From positions 16,054,441 through 16,118,440 of the forward strand of contig NC_054742.1 in the NCBI RefSeq assembly GCF_018143015.1: a stretch of DNA of 64,000 bases. Reading direction: 5' to 3'. Made by a program: the position numbers and the translations under genes. A model generated the notes under the pieces. It was not told where the DNA came from. It did not search any database and saw nothing but the letters and a program-made list of their open reading frames with translations. The DNA comes from Lytechinus variegatus (taxonomy: Eukaryota). Positions 36,973 to 49,190 of the stretch are shown here, one piece after another; positions within the stretch are counted from its first letter, which is position 1, and each line of letters opens with the position of its first letter.

Positions 36973-37731
36973 CTTTGAACAAGTACTAAAAATTTATAAA
37001 ACAAAAAAAAGGTGAACATATTTTCGATTGAAAATGATTCCTATATACAATTTTAAATCAAACAAAAAAATTCTTATGTCAAATTTCTAAAGTTTGTCAT
37101 TATTTAAGGTATCAGTTGAGTTATTTTCAATATATATTTCAATTTCAGAATAATAACGGTAATGAAAATAAATATAGGGTCTAATATTTAAACCTTTTCA
37201 CAATCCCAAAGGAAATAGTTTGCCTTCTCTAAGCATGTTAACAGGAAGACACCACAAACGAGGGGAGTTGAGGTATAAGTTTTTGTGTGATTCATGAAGG
37301 TGTCGTTACGTATAGCACAGAAGGTAATGTAGGATGAATCGAACATAGATATTCACACGAAATATCATCATCATACAGGTTATTCAATGTAGTTGGAGAA
37401 TCATTCATAATAACCAAATATAATTATTTCATTTGAAAGCCCATAAGGATAAACAAGTAAAATACGTTAATTGCTATAATAATTTTCGGAATAACATATT
37501 AAGTTTCCATCCATCGATATATAAGATTTTCGATAGATCTACTGTATACCAAAGGCTTTGATCAAAATGTCATTTTTTTCACTCGGGCTTTTTCATGAAT
37601 ATTCTGCCAATGTATCAATCAAAATTAAGAATATGTCGCCGATTGTATTTCACTTTCTGTCTAAAGGTTGCCGGACAGTTTGTAGAGTGTCTGTTCATGA
37701 CTGTATAATATCATAATCGTGAAATGGATAC

Positions 37732-37841
37732 GTCAGCATTACCTCATACAATCTCCGAAATAGATTCCACTCCCAAGCATCCCTGCATCCCAACGATCGA
37801 TACCAAACATCTCGACCACGATCTTTGGTAGCAGAATACCA
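37732..37841 (-). CDS. PARP4: PARP4-like catalytic-domain exon. The frame before about 37793 reads (R)GILLPKIVVEMFG. After a +1 frame shift it reads IDRWDAGMLGSGIYFGDCMRNAD. An apparent single-base insertion disrupts the reading frame.
   Basis: Acceptor is tcctttcacag|T, donor is GCTGAC|gtatcc. Both halves match recalled human GLLLPKVVEDRGVQRTDVGNLGSGIYFSDSL, but they lie in different frames around ...GTTTGGTAATCGATCG... (plus strand 37788-37797). Confidence 0.65.
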
Positions 37842-38217
37842 CTGTGAAAGGATAATCAAAGACAGCATTGACGTTGTTGACGTGTTTAAGAATTAAGCTG
37901 GGAACTATTTTAGCTCTGATTAAGAAAGTTTATTGATGGACCATAAGCTGAGGGACTGCTACCAAGAAATGTTTTAAAATTGTCAATAACTGGTACATTT
38001 ATCGCGACACTTAAGAATATGACGTATTAAAAGTCAAGTTTATTCCAAAGTTGCAGCATATATTTATGTTCATGGAGTTGTTTTTATTTTAATACTGATC
38101 ACGTCGCTAACTGCAATCACAGGCATCCTTTAAGCCAAATCTCTTGATTATAACAACTACATATGCATTTACATGATTTTTTTTTATTCCAAGTAGGGAA
38201 TAGTTAATATTATTTAC

Positions 38218-38355
38218 CGTGAGAGGATTCCGAGGAAGTTGCAAGCTTTCGATGCATGGAAGAGCAGTCTTTCATTCCCAATCGTTCGATTGAATTTGAA
38301 TTCATCAAGGGCTCGATTGATTGCAAAGATTCGTTGAATCGAAACCATGTGATCG
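38218..38355 (-). CDS. PARP4: PARP4-like catalytic-domain exon with an H-A-S variant of the H-G-S NAD-binding motif (IDHMVSIQRIFAINRALDEFKFNRTIGNERLLFHASKACNFLGILS)
   Basis: Acceptor is ttttgcacttag|C, donor is TCACG|gtaaat. Phase 2 in, phase 2 out. It resembles human LQIFRVGRVNETTEFLSKLGNVRPLLHGSPVQNIVGILCRG. Confidence 0.8.
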
Positions 38356-38831
38356 CTAAGTGCAAAAAAATAATGGTCATCGCGATGGTATAATACTTGG
38401 AAAGGCTAAATATCATCGGCTTACTTCAAAACGTCAAAAGAACTATTACTGCTAAATCCATTTTTTTTCCAAATAATAGCAGTGAATATAAACTTTGTAT
38501 CCATTGTCAATTGAAATTTTAAAAAATGGTGTAAAGAGGTTTCTTAAGTGGTGAGTATATATGTTATCGAATCGAAATATAGTTTCGAACATCTTGTGTT
38601 ATCTTAGCCCTCAGAAAACACATTCCTGCGTAATTCATTTAGATGTTCAAAGCTTCAGGTGACATTGTGTGAGTTATTTATCAAAACTACGGCATCGCAA
38701 ACATGAATGACAAAATAAATGACATTCTTTATAAATACCGTGCAATTATGTATAAACCGTCAGTATGTATTTCGTGTTTATATAAACACTTTTACAAAGT
38801 TCAAACTTTGAAAAAAAAGGAGGATGCTTAC

Positions 38832-38995
38832 ATTGGTTGTGAGCTGCTCATGACGAGTTCTTCAACCTTCTTGTATTCAGGATGATCTGTGTCTAAGCTC
38901 TCAATGTAACACCTCATTGCCCGGTACTTAGACTTAGATGATGGTTGCTTCTTCCATCCTAGTGCTTCATTCACATTAATCACGTCTTGGATCAG
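38832..38995 (-). CDS. PARP4: PARP4-like helical regulatory-domain exon (LIQDVINVNEALGWKKQPSSKSKYRAMRCYIESLDTDHPEYKKVEELVMSSSQP)
   Basis: Acceptor is cttgtattag|CTG, donor is CCAAT|gtaagc. It resembles human LIRDMVNVCETNLSKPNPPSLAKYRALRCKIEHVEQNTEEFLRVRKEVLQ. Confidence 0.8.
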
Positions 38996-39601
38996 CTAAT
39001 ACAAGATCAAATTATCACAAAATATAAATCATTAGATATATGGGAGAAACTTTTCGAAAATCTGTTCGATTTTAACTTACCTCTAAAATTAAATGAATCC
39101 AGTACTTTAAAAAAAGCTAATTACTGAATCCTTTGCGTAACTACCAAGAGTTATCGATGAAATGTTCATTAATTTATTGCATTTTATTAGATCCCAGATT
39201 ACTGTGAATAAAATGTATATTTCGTGTAATAATATTGTTGACTTTAATGCATTCATATTTTACTCATCAACGTTCAAAATGCAAAATGGTTTGAAAGTTT
39301 GAAATACAAACATTATCTTTAATTACATTTTAAAATGGAAATGATTGAACGAGGATGTACATGAGAAATCAACATATCAATGGCGTTTGTCGACTAGTGT
39401 GATAATCACACTAGTTTAAAAAAGTATTTCCCAATATCGTAGATGGCAGAAATTTTAGATCCTTGTCTATATTTCTCCTTTACTATTTTAACATGGAATT
39501 TCTTTTGTTAGTAATCATTTTAGAATTTATCTGTACATTTTGGGGGAAAGAATAGAGTGTCTCCATAAAAAAACTCAAACGTTATATGAAAGAGTTTCTA
39601 C

Positions 39602-39784
39602 CTGGCAGAGGTCCTGTTTGATGGCAACCATTTTCATATTAGTAAGATCATTTCTGCACTCAGCCTTGTGTGGTATTAGTTCATGAAACTGCTCACTCAG
39701 TCCACGGATTACAGATTCATCCTTGCTTTCCTTGTCGAGGAGGGCGCGCTTGATCTGTAGAAGAACAGACTCGGCTTTCTCGAC
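39602..39784 (-). CDS. PARP4: PARP4-like helical regulatory-domain exon (VEKAESVLLQIKRALLDKESKDESVIRGLSEQFHELIPHKAECRNDLTNMKMVAIKQDLCQ)
   Basis: Acceptor is ctgtttag|GTC, donor is TGCCAG|gtagaa. It is 61 codons. It resembles human ...FYRLIPHKGTMPKEVNLGLLAKKADLCQ. Confidence 0.8.
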
Positions 39785-40073
39785 CTAAACAGTGAGATGA
39801 AATGAAAAAACAAAATTCAGTTAGTTTGTTTCTAAGTTAAATTTTATTGAGATTTTTATTGAAATTAAATGAATACAAGCTGTTATAAAAAAACATGATG
39901 TTTCTGACCTGAATTCGAGTCAAAATGTGTTTTTTGTGATAAGCCAGATTTTGTGTAGTTAAAATGTAAAACACAATTATACTTACTAGGAATTAAATTA
40001 GCCGTATGATAATCGATAAATATTTTGTTGTTTCGGCACCACTCGCTCAAAATTTTAGAAAGCGAAATATTAC

Positions 40074-40211
40074 CTTCCCTAGAGGAATAGATTTCACAGG
40101 AATTGTAAGAACTTGAGAAAGCTCTCCCATCGATTCCTTCCATAGATTATCAGCAAGGTGGGCTACTTCATTAGAAACCTCTCCTTTGGATGCTTGAGAT
40201 TCAAGTAGGCG
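40074..40211 (-). CDS. PARP4: PARP4-like exon (RLLESQASKGEVSNEVAHLADNLWKESMGELSQVLTIPVKSIPLGK)
   Basis: Acceptor is ctttaatcag|CGC, donor is GGGAAG|gtaata. It is 46 codons. It resembles human EVSDLVEMIWAEALGHLEHMLLKPVNRISLNDVSK. Confidence 0.7.
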
Positions 40212-40545
40212 CTGATTAAAGAAAATATTCACACAATTAATATTTCAACTGAAATAAAGTAAAAGGGAAAATCTAATGTTAAAAGATATCAGGAAATTTG
40301 TGATTGATATGAATGGAGAAGATAAAACGAGGGGGTACTGAGGGAGCATATTATTTTGTTGAAGCTTCGGATCCAGTAATGTAATAAATGTAACATTATT
40401 ATCGAGTACTCTATAATATAGTATAATTTGTAGAGCAATTACAATGGATTGCAGATGAGACTCTCAAACCAATTACCTGTAGCATTATTTATAAATTTGT
40501 GTATACATATTAGATTTTTTTTTTTGGAAGAAACAAAAGATTTAC

Positions 40546-40707
40546 CTTTGTGAGAACATTGGATCCCAGCCATCGAGAAAGCATTACTTTAGTTTTCGTC
40601 ATGTTATGAGGTTTAGAGGTCCATATATCATGTTGCTCTTGGAAGATCTTCAAAGCCTCTGGACCAGTCTTTGCTAAATAACTATTCTTGATTCCTGAAT
40701 TCTCATC
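40546..40707 (-). CDS. PARP4: PARP4-like exon (DENSGIKNSYLAKTGPEALKIFQEQHDIWTSKPHNMTKTKVMLSRWLGSNVLTK)
   Basis: Acceptor is tctatttgccag|GAT, donor is ACAAAG|gtaaat. It is 54 codons, phase 0 to 0. Confidence 0.65.
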
Positions 40708-41309
40708 CTGGCAAATAGAAATAGGGATGCATTATCTTTAACAGTTGTAGAGAGGTGAAGAGAAAGCTTATGTCACTTTTTTTAAATTTCTTATACATGT
40801 AGTCTTATCCTTCTATGCAAATGTCATCATCCATCAATCCATTCATTCACCCAGCGTTTCACTCTCCTCCGTACTGTCATGTTCGTATCGTCTCTGTCTT
40901 TTTTTCTATCTGCCTGCATCTCTCTCTCTCTCTCTCTGTCTCCCTTCCTCTTTCTCATCACAATAATGGCGATGGCGGTTTGAAATATTCCCTTTGAGCC
41001 ATTAAATAACACAGATTACATATATGCTTAAAGAAAATAATTTTTAAGAGATGATCGAATGATCTGTAAACTTGTGCGAAAGAAATTAATAATTATGATA
41101 ATTATAATTAGGCCTATAGTATGATGTTTATCGTAATTTTTGAATAGTAGGGGTTTTTGTATCAGGTGGTTTTTATTTGATAACTTCAATTCTTGGCATG
41201 GACGAATGGAAATGCATATATCAAATGAAATATCATCTCGTGACGTTTTATTGTAAAAGATACCCGCCCTAATAAATTGGCGCCATTCTGTATCACTGAA
41301 TGTACGTAC

Positions 41310-41468
41310 CTTTGTGTCAGACACGGTGCCTTGATGTGTGTAGACTCTATACTTATAAGGACTGGCCTTTGACCTTGTGATTGATTGACCCTGAAGAACC
41401 AATGGAATCCCAACTGTTGTATGCAACTCAATAGATGTAAATTGTATATCTCCATCTGGTTTCTCTTT
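41310..41468 (-). CDS. PARP4: PARP4-like exon (KEKPDGDIQFTSIELHTTVGIPLVLQGQSITRSKASPYKYRVYTHQGTVSDTK)
   Basis: Acceptor is tacttccag|AAA, donor is CACAAAG|gtacgt. It is 53 codons. It is part of ORF 41028..41426. Confidence 0.6.
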
Positions 41469-41609
41469 CTGGAAGTATGCATGCCATTAATATATTGAAT
41501 GATTGGTAGAAATACATGATTATAATGTACCCAAGATTCTATTTGTATTTACAGTTGTCTCGAATAGTGAAGCAGAAACAGTCCTTCACTATTTGCCGAA
41601 ACAACTCAC

Positions 41610-41633
41610 CTCCGATCTCTTAAATACTTTAAA
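41610..41633 (-). CDS. PARP4: Possible 24-nt micro-exon (FKVFKRSE) of the PARP4-like gene
   Basis: attcgcag|TTTAAAGTATTTAAGAGATCGGAG|gtgagt has good splice signals on both sides and is phase-compatible. Homology is weak (human FIWKSIREKR). Confidence 0.3.
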
Positions 41634-42534
41634 CTGCGAATATGATGGACAGATAGACAAATAAATAGACATACTGCAAATTTCTTCCTTAACTTACAAG
41701 TAGTTCTGCTTGTTATCAATTTGTCCCCAAAAGTTCTTATAAGTCATTGAATGAACATTTCAGTAGTATGATAAAATATGCCGTGTGAGTACCAAAAAAA
41801 ATCTTGACACCTCACAAATCCTAACTTCAAGGAAAATATATGACGTGAGCACATAATCATTAATTGTCCATAATTGTCATTTTCTGTTTTTCAATAGATG
41901 TATGACCGGAAAGATTATCTTCTCCCAAATAATTTGATACCATATATATGTGGTATATTCTAATGCTTAGATACTTAGTAGGTATTCTTTATGGTGATTT
42001 AAATGTTGACTAGCATCAAAGTAAGGCATGACCCCAATTAATGAATGTCAATGATGTCATAATCTTACAAGGGTTTCATTAAAATCCACTGCAAAACATC
42101 TTTTCAATAATTAGCACTAGATTTGTTTAATAAACACTTTTTAGTATCAATTCTCGGGTTAATTTCATTGGAAAGGGATTTTCAAATATTTTTTATTAAC
42201 TAATTATATAGAATTATGAAATAATCAGTATCTGGATTAGTTAATTGCAGCCTTGTCTATAATTGGCGCAATCGAACTTTACATCGCAGTAGCAAAAAAA
42301 AAAACATGATAATCCAGGCGTTAACACATATATATTAATTGCGAGAGTATACTCTTTCAGTTTTTATCCAATTTAGCAAATTTATGACCGAATTATAAGT
42401 TTTTATTACCCTCTTTGGGCAGATTTTATTCAGTGTGGACAGCATGTTACCCATTTATTGGTTAAAAGTTGGGCATTTTATGCCCAACTATTTTAAGAGA
42501 TATGTATAATGTGGATATTGTTGATAATACTCAC

Positions 42535-42616
42535 TTGTAAAATCACATATTTTACCAATTCGCATTGGCTTTCATCGAAATGATCAATATCACCATCTGT
42601 TTCGCTCATCTTGAAC
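42535..42616 (-). CDS. PARP4: PARP4-like BRCT-region exon ((F)KMSETDGDIDHFDESQCELVKYVILQ). It is probably not the first coding exon, so the true 5' end of the gene lies beyond this window position or was not found.
   Basis: Acceptor is cttcatag|GTT, donor is TACAA|gtgagt. It resembles human GGKFSFSLNPQCTHIILDNAD. Confidence 0.4.
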
Positions 42617-43136
42617 CTATGAAGAGATAAATAAAAAGGGGTGGAATATATAAGGGAGACAGAAAGAAGGTTAACACATTATAAGCAGATAGACGGACAG
42701 ACATGCATAAAAAACGATTCGGAGAAAGATCATAAAATCTAGAGAGAGAGAGAGAGATAGCACAATGGGTGGATAAATGGATAAAGTAAAATATTCATTT
42801 AATACACAGTCTTCTATTCAATCTATATCCCTTGTCTTTACATGTTTCCTGTTCTTTGAAAATAGGAGAGAATGCACACTATATCAAAAGAGCAGCAATA
42901 TGTTATACACTATTCACAAACTAAAAAATATGCCTCGAATATTCAGTCATCCTGGAAATTGTTTAATACATCGCTATAAAGCCACTCAACTCGCAGTAAA
43001 ACAAAACAAGTGATTGTGCTATCAAAGTAATGATATTTTGGAGATATAAAGGGGCACATCCCTCCCCAAATCCTAGTTACATGCCAACGGCTTGACATGG
43101 TCGCGGTTTGGGAGGATACAAAGAAGAAGAAGTAGT

Positions 43137-43256
43137 CAGTGGCGGACCGTGACCCAGAGGAGACAAAGCATTGGGGGGGCACAGCATTAATTGTTCACAG
43201 ACAATGCAGTGCCCCCCCCCCATGCTTTGTCTCGTCCGGGTCACGATCCGCTACTG
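43137..43256. mobile_element. 120-bp hairpin MITE of the hAT-like family (CAGTGGCGGACCGTGACCC...GGGTCACGATCCGCTACTG) with 8-bp TSD GAAGTAGT/GCAGTAGT, inserted beside or into an (AGT)n microsatellite
   Basis: The whole element is a near-perfect palindrome around GGGGGGGCACAGCATTAATTGTTCACAGACAATGCAGTGCCCCCCCCCC. Confidence 0.65.
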
Positions 43257-43420
<164 letters not shown>

Positions 43421-44361
43421 AGTCATTTCCGTATTAAAAATATGTATACGATAAAATACGTCGGATTTGCCCACATTCAGCTTTACTGGTACAGTCATGC
43501 TGGTCTTCAGCGAGGTCCCCGAAAAATTATTAATTTCCAGGATTGCATATACATGTCTAAGGTGAACACAATAAAACCACATCAAAATAACAGATTTAAA
43601 AAAAAAGGAGAAACAGAAAATGGAAACAATAACGAACACGAACATAAATGATTAAAAAATATAAGTTATCAACAGAAAACATATTTAGATTTTAAAAAAA
43701 TCTGCAATCATGAAACGAAAATGAAGGGTGTAAACCTAATAGGGAATGGGGGGGGGGTTCCAGAGTCCATAAGCTACATATCAACAATTTTATATTCGAA
43801 AACATTAATACTAGGGGATAATTTAATGTGAGGAGGAAGGAAATTATAAACCATGTCGCTTTTATAATTAAAGGATCAACGTATTTCTTGGTCAGGCTTG
43901 ATAATGGTTTAGCTAGGATATCACAGTTAACGTCACCTGATATAATCATGTTCATTGTGTCAATAACGCCAAGAAATCTTTCAGAAAAATTAAAGATTCC
44001 ACTATCTGAAGATGGTGGTCTATACCAAATTGATATGATAATAGGTTTTGAAAACTTGAGAAAACTTAATAACAAGTGCTTCTAAATCATCAAGGATTTC
44101 AACAATTGTTTTTTTTTTCAAAATTAAATGATTTGATTACGATAAATGGCTACTTCACCAACCTGTCGAACTCTGTCTTTACGTCTACTTTGAATAATGA
44201 CATCAGATCTGATATTTTAAAAGCAAATAATAGAAAAAAATACTTACAAATTACGCATTGTAAATGCACGTTTTGGCAACATATCACAAATTCATTATTT
44301 CCACATGAGTTCGTGATATGAGGCCAAATCATTATTTTTCCAATGGGTGCTTTGTAAATTA

Positions 44362-44625
44362 TTTTTTTTTCTTGCTAAAATCCAATCCAATCCATATTTT
44401 ATTGTTCGAAATAGCCATGAAATGAAACACTCCGAAAACTTGCTTTGCCCAATTGATCGTGGGCCCGGCATCCGCTGTGCAGCGCCAGATCGACGAGGCT
44501 CTATACAAACAGGGTAGCAGCAACTCCCATCTTTTAACGTCTTTTGGTCTGACGCGACGCGGCCGGGGTTTGAACCCCCGACCTCCCGGTTGTGATACGG
44601 ACGCTCTACCAACTGAGTCAACAAA
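44362..44625 (-). mobile_element. tRNA-derived SINE with a GACTCAGTTGGTAGAGCG...GGGGGTTCAAACCCC head (A and B boxes), then a body, a (GGATT)n stretch and a poly-A tail
   Basis: ORF 44295..44624 (LVERPYHNREVGGSNPGRVA) is the characteristic translation of a tRNA-like head. A diverged copy lies on the plus strand at 50951-51230. Confidence 0.7.
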
Positions 44626-46899
44626 TAATCAAATCTACCAATATAATTTCATTTGACGTAGTCACAATTTTCTAAAATGAATTGTACAGTAAAAAAGTGG
44701 CTATGATATAAAACACGGGGTATTCTTTGATACAGGTGTGTGCATTGTCGTTTGGCAACATAATGAAATTTATTCTTGATATTTTGCCGTTTCGCGTTTT
44801 TTTAACCACATCTTGTCATATCTTACAAGTAAGTTTGATGGGACAAAATCACGTTAAAATCATTTTAGCAATAGTAGTGACAAGTCTAGGGTTTATGTTT
44901 AAGCAGTATGGAATTAAAATATTGTACAAGAAATATCACAAAGACAGTGAACTGCAAGCTGGCAATTTGATTTCGGACCCCCAAAAAATGCTTACGCAAA
45001 CTTAGATGGCCGCTTGGTACAGAATGAATTCGTGCACAAATTTGAGTTCGAAATCAGAATAAAATTTTCTGCATTACTGTTTTGTGCGCTGGAAATCAAC
45101 TATGAATTTCAATTCTACATAACTTTTGAGCTGGAAATAAATTAAACATTTGTGCAATACTTTTGTGCTCGATATCCAAAACAATTCTTGCAATAGACCA
45201 CTGGTCCACTGCTACCACACTGCCTGTGGGGAATCTACAGATAGGATGGTATGCCAATGCTATACAGAGCACACACTTCAAAAAAAATCATTAAAATGTC
45301 ACTTTTGTGACCAAAATTATTAATTCCCATACTGTTGCAATTCAATTTTCACTAGTAACTTTTATTACTAGAATAATTTTGTTACTCTAGAATAATTTGA
45401 ATAATGTTTGTATTGACCATGCACAGCGCTCAAAAACTTGAATTTTGGGCATATTTTTGTGTACGCCCCCTGGTGGAAAATAATATGGCTAGAAAATTTT
45501 CATTTTTCAAGCTCTATTTTTCATAAAGAAAAAATAATTAAAAGAATCAAATTTACTTAAGAGCCAAGTTATATTATGCAAAGCTGTAATGGAAATTGAC
45601 AGTTTGTCCAAAAGAAAAAGAGAAAATAATCCAAACATTGTCAACCTTATTTTGCCACACATATAGGGATGTAACTGAGAACAAGGTTAAACCATAACCT
45701 TGTTCATTGAATGAGTGCAATAGACTTACTTTCGAAATCAAGAATTCTTTTTTTAATATCAAGAATTTGGTTTCTTGATATGAAGAATTCATTTCTTGAT
45801 ATCAAGAAATCAAATTCTTGATATCAAGAAGTCGATTTCTTGATACCAAAAAGTAGGATTAAATGTTAAAATGGCTTGCCATACGGGCGACCGTGTCTGT
45901 AACTATTTTGCAATTCACGGTTGATGATAATCCATTATTGGTTTCTATATAGTTCAAGTGCTAATCCTGCTTATAAATAGAGAGCCGCGACAAAAGGTTG
46001 AATAACGCAGTGCTTGCTTAATCTGCGAAAGGTCGAGCTTTCCCCCTTCGTTGATGCATGCATCGGTAGTTGAGCTGTCAATAAAGGGATTACGTCTTTA
46101 CAGGGAGTGGCTTTAAGCGTACTTTGGGCCAATTGAAATGCTTTCCTCGAAAACAACTAGGAGGGGTGAGATTCCACAATAGAACAGCTCTGTATTTCTC
46201 AAATTAGGGTTAATATAAGAGACTGGGTCTTTCTTTTTAGATTGATCGATAATGAGGAATTCAATGGACAAGACTGGGTCTTTCTTGTAAGATTAAAATA
46301 ATCACATCAATTGTGAAGAATTCAAGGTTATCCCTATTTCTGCAAATCGCTTTCCTTTGTAATGACATGGACCTACTAGTGGTCCATGGCAATGGTGACT
46401 CACTTTTTCGCGTGATTGGATATGGCAAGTATGCGGCCATCTTGGATTCATATCGCCTCCGTACAATCCTTGTAATGGGATTTCACCTTCCAGAACAGAT
46501 CAGTCCGTTTCTTTGTGAGACTCTCATGAATATAAGTTACCTTATCCTGTAGATTATGCAATTTTACTTTTGTTGATTTTGTCTTGTACATGATAGTTCG
46601 TGAACTTCACAATTATTACCCTCTCTCTCTATTTTCTTTACTCTGACCCAACAGCTTCTAACTATTTCTCTTGATTCTATAACTCGACATTAAGCTCATC
46701 TGCACAGAGTTTGATGATGGTTTCATCAGTGTTTTTGTTCTATTTCTTTGAAAATCAGACAATTTCTGCGCGAGTACTGTTTAGACTCATCATGTTGGTC
46801 TAACAACGACTGAATCTTTTATTCTAAGGCTTTGGTGTGAGTGTCTATTGCCTCCATGTCAAAGTCAATGTACTCGTGTAGACTATCTGTAACTTTCTC

Positions 46900-49190
46900 A
46901 GTGATCAAAGATGTAATCTCATTATGAAAAAAACTATTTTAAATTCACTCACCAATTTTCTCATGAAAGTATCACTCCCGATGGCTTTACTCAGTTCTTC
47001 TTTGATACGATTCGAGAGGTCTTTCGCTTGTAGCTTTGAACTACGAGTCGTCTCTTTAGGCCTCTTCACTCTACAACCACGGCACTTTTAAATGTAACTG
47101 ATGACTGGCTTAAAAGCATCGAAGATGGACATATCGTGATTGCTGTAATGCTAGATTTTAGAAAAGCTTTCGACACAGTAGATCACGATCTCCTCCTTCA
47201 AAAACTGAAAAACTATGGCATTCAAGATCGCCCTCTACGATGGTTTGCCAGTTATCTGGAAAATAGATCACAAGCAACGTGTATAAATGGCAAAGTATCT
47301 GAGTTTTCAGCTTTAAAATGCGGTATCCCTCAAGGGTCAATACTAGGCCCCCTAATGTTTGTACTTTATATTAACAGCCTACCCGAAGGACTCAGATATT
47401 GTAAGGTGAGCATGTATGCTGACGATACCGTCTTGTATCTGTCTGGTATAGTAATGTTTCTGTCATGATAAATCAAATTAATAAAGATCTGGAATATGTA
47501 AGGCAATGGCTCGTCCTTAATAAATTAAGTTTAAATGTAAACAAAACCGAATATATTGTACTCGGTACAAGACAAAGATTACAAAAAATTGAAGATGAGA
47601 ATATTGATATCAATATAAGTGGAAATTCTTTGAAACGAGTGCAATCATGTAAACATCTCGGAGTTATAATTGACGAAAATCTCACATGGCGAGGTCATAT
47701 TGAACTATTGCAGAAAAAAACTAATTCAGGATTACATATGTTAAGAAGTATAAGAAATATAGTAGACAAAGAGTCACTAAAAATGGTTTACAATGCATTG
47801 GTATTTTCTCACCTAAACTACTGTAACGTAATATGGGCAAACTGTGGAAAAACGCTGTTAAACATCTAACAAAGAATTCAAAACCGATGTGCCCGCTTAA
47901 TAAACAACACTCCTTGGTTTTCATCAGGAAAGGAGAACCTTGACCTACTTAACTGGGAACCTATTGTTAAAAAGTTAGAAAATGATACTGCAATAATTAT
48001 GTATAAAGTTATGACAAAACAAGTGCCTCCGTACATCAGTGAAAAGTTTAAATTTCGAACAACTATTTACAACACGAGACAAAGTAACATGTGTGTTGAT
48101 GTACCTCGCCCCAAAACTGAATCTGGTAAACGTAGGTTTTTGTATAGAGGTGCTCAGATATGGAATTCACTTACTGAGGATACTCAGAAGTCTTCAAGTA
48201 TTGGTATTTTCAAGTCTAAATTAGCTAATTAGTAATATAGAATATGTTTTGAACTGTATCATGTCAAAGAAAGTTTATGAAACTGTTTAAATAAAAATGA
48301 TATGGTGGCATTTTGTTGCAGTAAAATCATTTGAATGGCCTTTCAGATAACATTGAACATTCTATTGATTGTAATTCAGATGAAAACAAAAACTCTGTGT
48401 ATTGTGAGAATGGGATGGAATATGTGCACTAACTTTTTACTATTTACTATTCATTAAAAATATTTAATATCCTTATAATATTATATTATTCCTCTCATAT
48501 ATATTTTCACCAGTCAAATCGTTTGTTTTTGTTATTTCATAAAGATTTTTATTTTATTCTGTTTTACATTACTTTCTATTTATTCGTATTATATTATTCT
48601 TCTCATATATACGTTCATCAGTCAAACCGTCTGTTTTTGTTATTTTTTATAAGAATTCTTTTATTCTGTTTTACATTACTTGCAATTTTGTGTTATATTA
48701 TTTTTGAGTTTTTCATACATTTTAGTCCGTATTATACCTCCTCTATTTTAATAATTTAATAAGTTTGTGCATCTCACTTTACTGCATTAATTTGTTTTTA
48801 TAACTTACATGTTATCATGGTATTAGGCATATTTAAGTAAGCCTTATATATTTATTTTATTCATGACATAAATTTTAGTTCTATGCTTTTTATTTATTCG
48901 TATTTCCTTAGATAATCTTAACTACGTTGCAATTTTGTAGCTTAACGAAATTTATATTGTATGTTTTCATTTTACATATACACAATTTGATTTTACTTTT
49001 CATTTTTCCTTTATCATTGTGTCATCGGTAATTCCTATTTTCATTGAGTTCTGTATAATATGTATCTCTATTGTCATGCATGTTTTATGTATTTGTTATT
49101 TTGCACGGCCCCTTTGTAAACCAGCCTAGTAGCTGAACAGGGCTTTTACCGTCAATAAATAAATCAATCAAATCAAATCAATCGCTGGCT
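46900..49190 (+). mobile_element. Second copy of the same RTE/CR1-like LINE, 5'-truncated and internally deleted. RT ORFs 47136..47468 (with YADD), 47465..47869 and 47999..48232 are present. The ~950-bp 3'UTR contains a ~105-bp tandem duplication and ends in an (AAATA/CAAAT)n tail near 49160-49190.
   Basis: It shows protein-level similarity to the 481-2775 copy. Motifs include FRPLHSTTTALLNVTD, MYADDTVLY and FLYRGAQIWNSL. The 3'UTR ends of the two copies are homologous (GCAGGGCGCCTTTATAAAGCAG versus GCACGGCCCCTTTGTAAACCAG). Confidence 0.8.
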
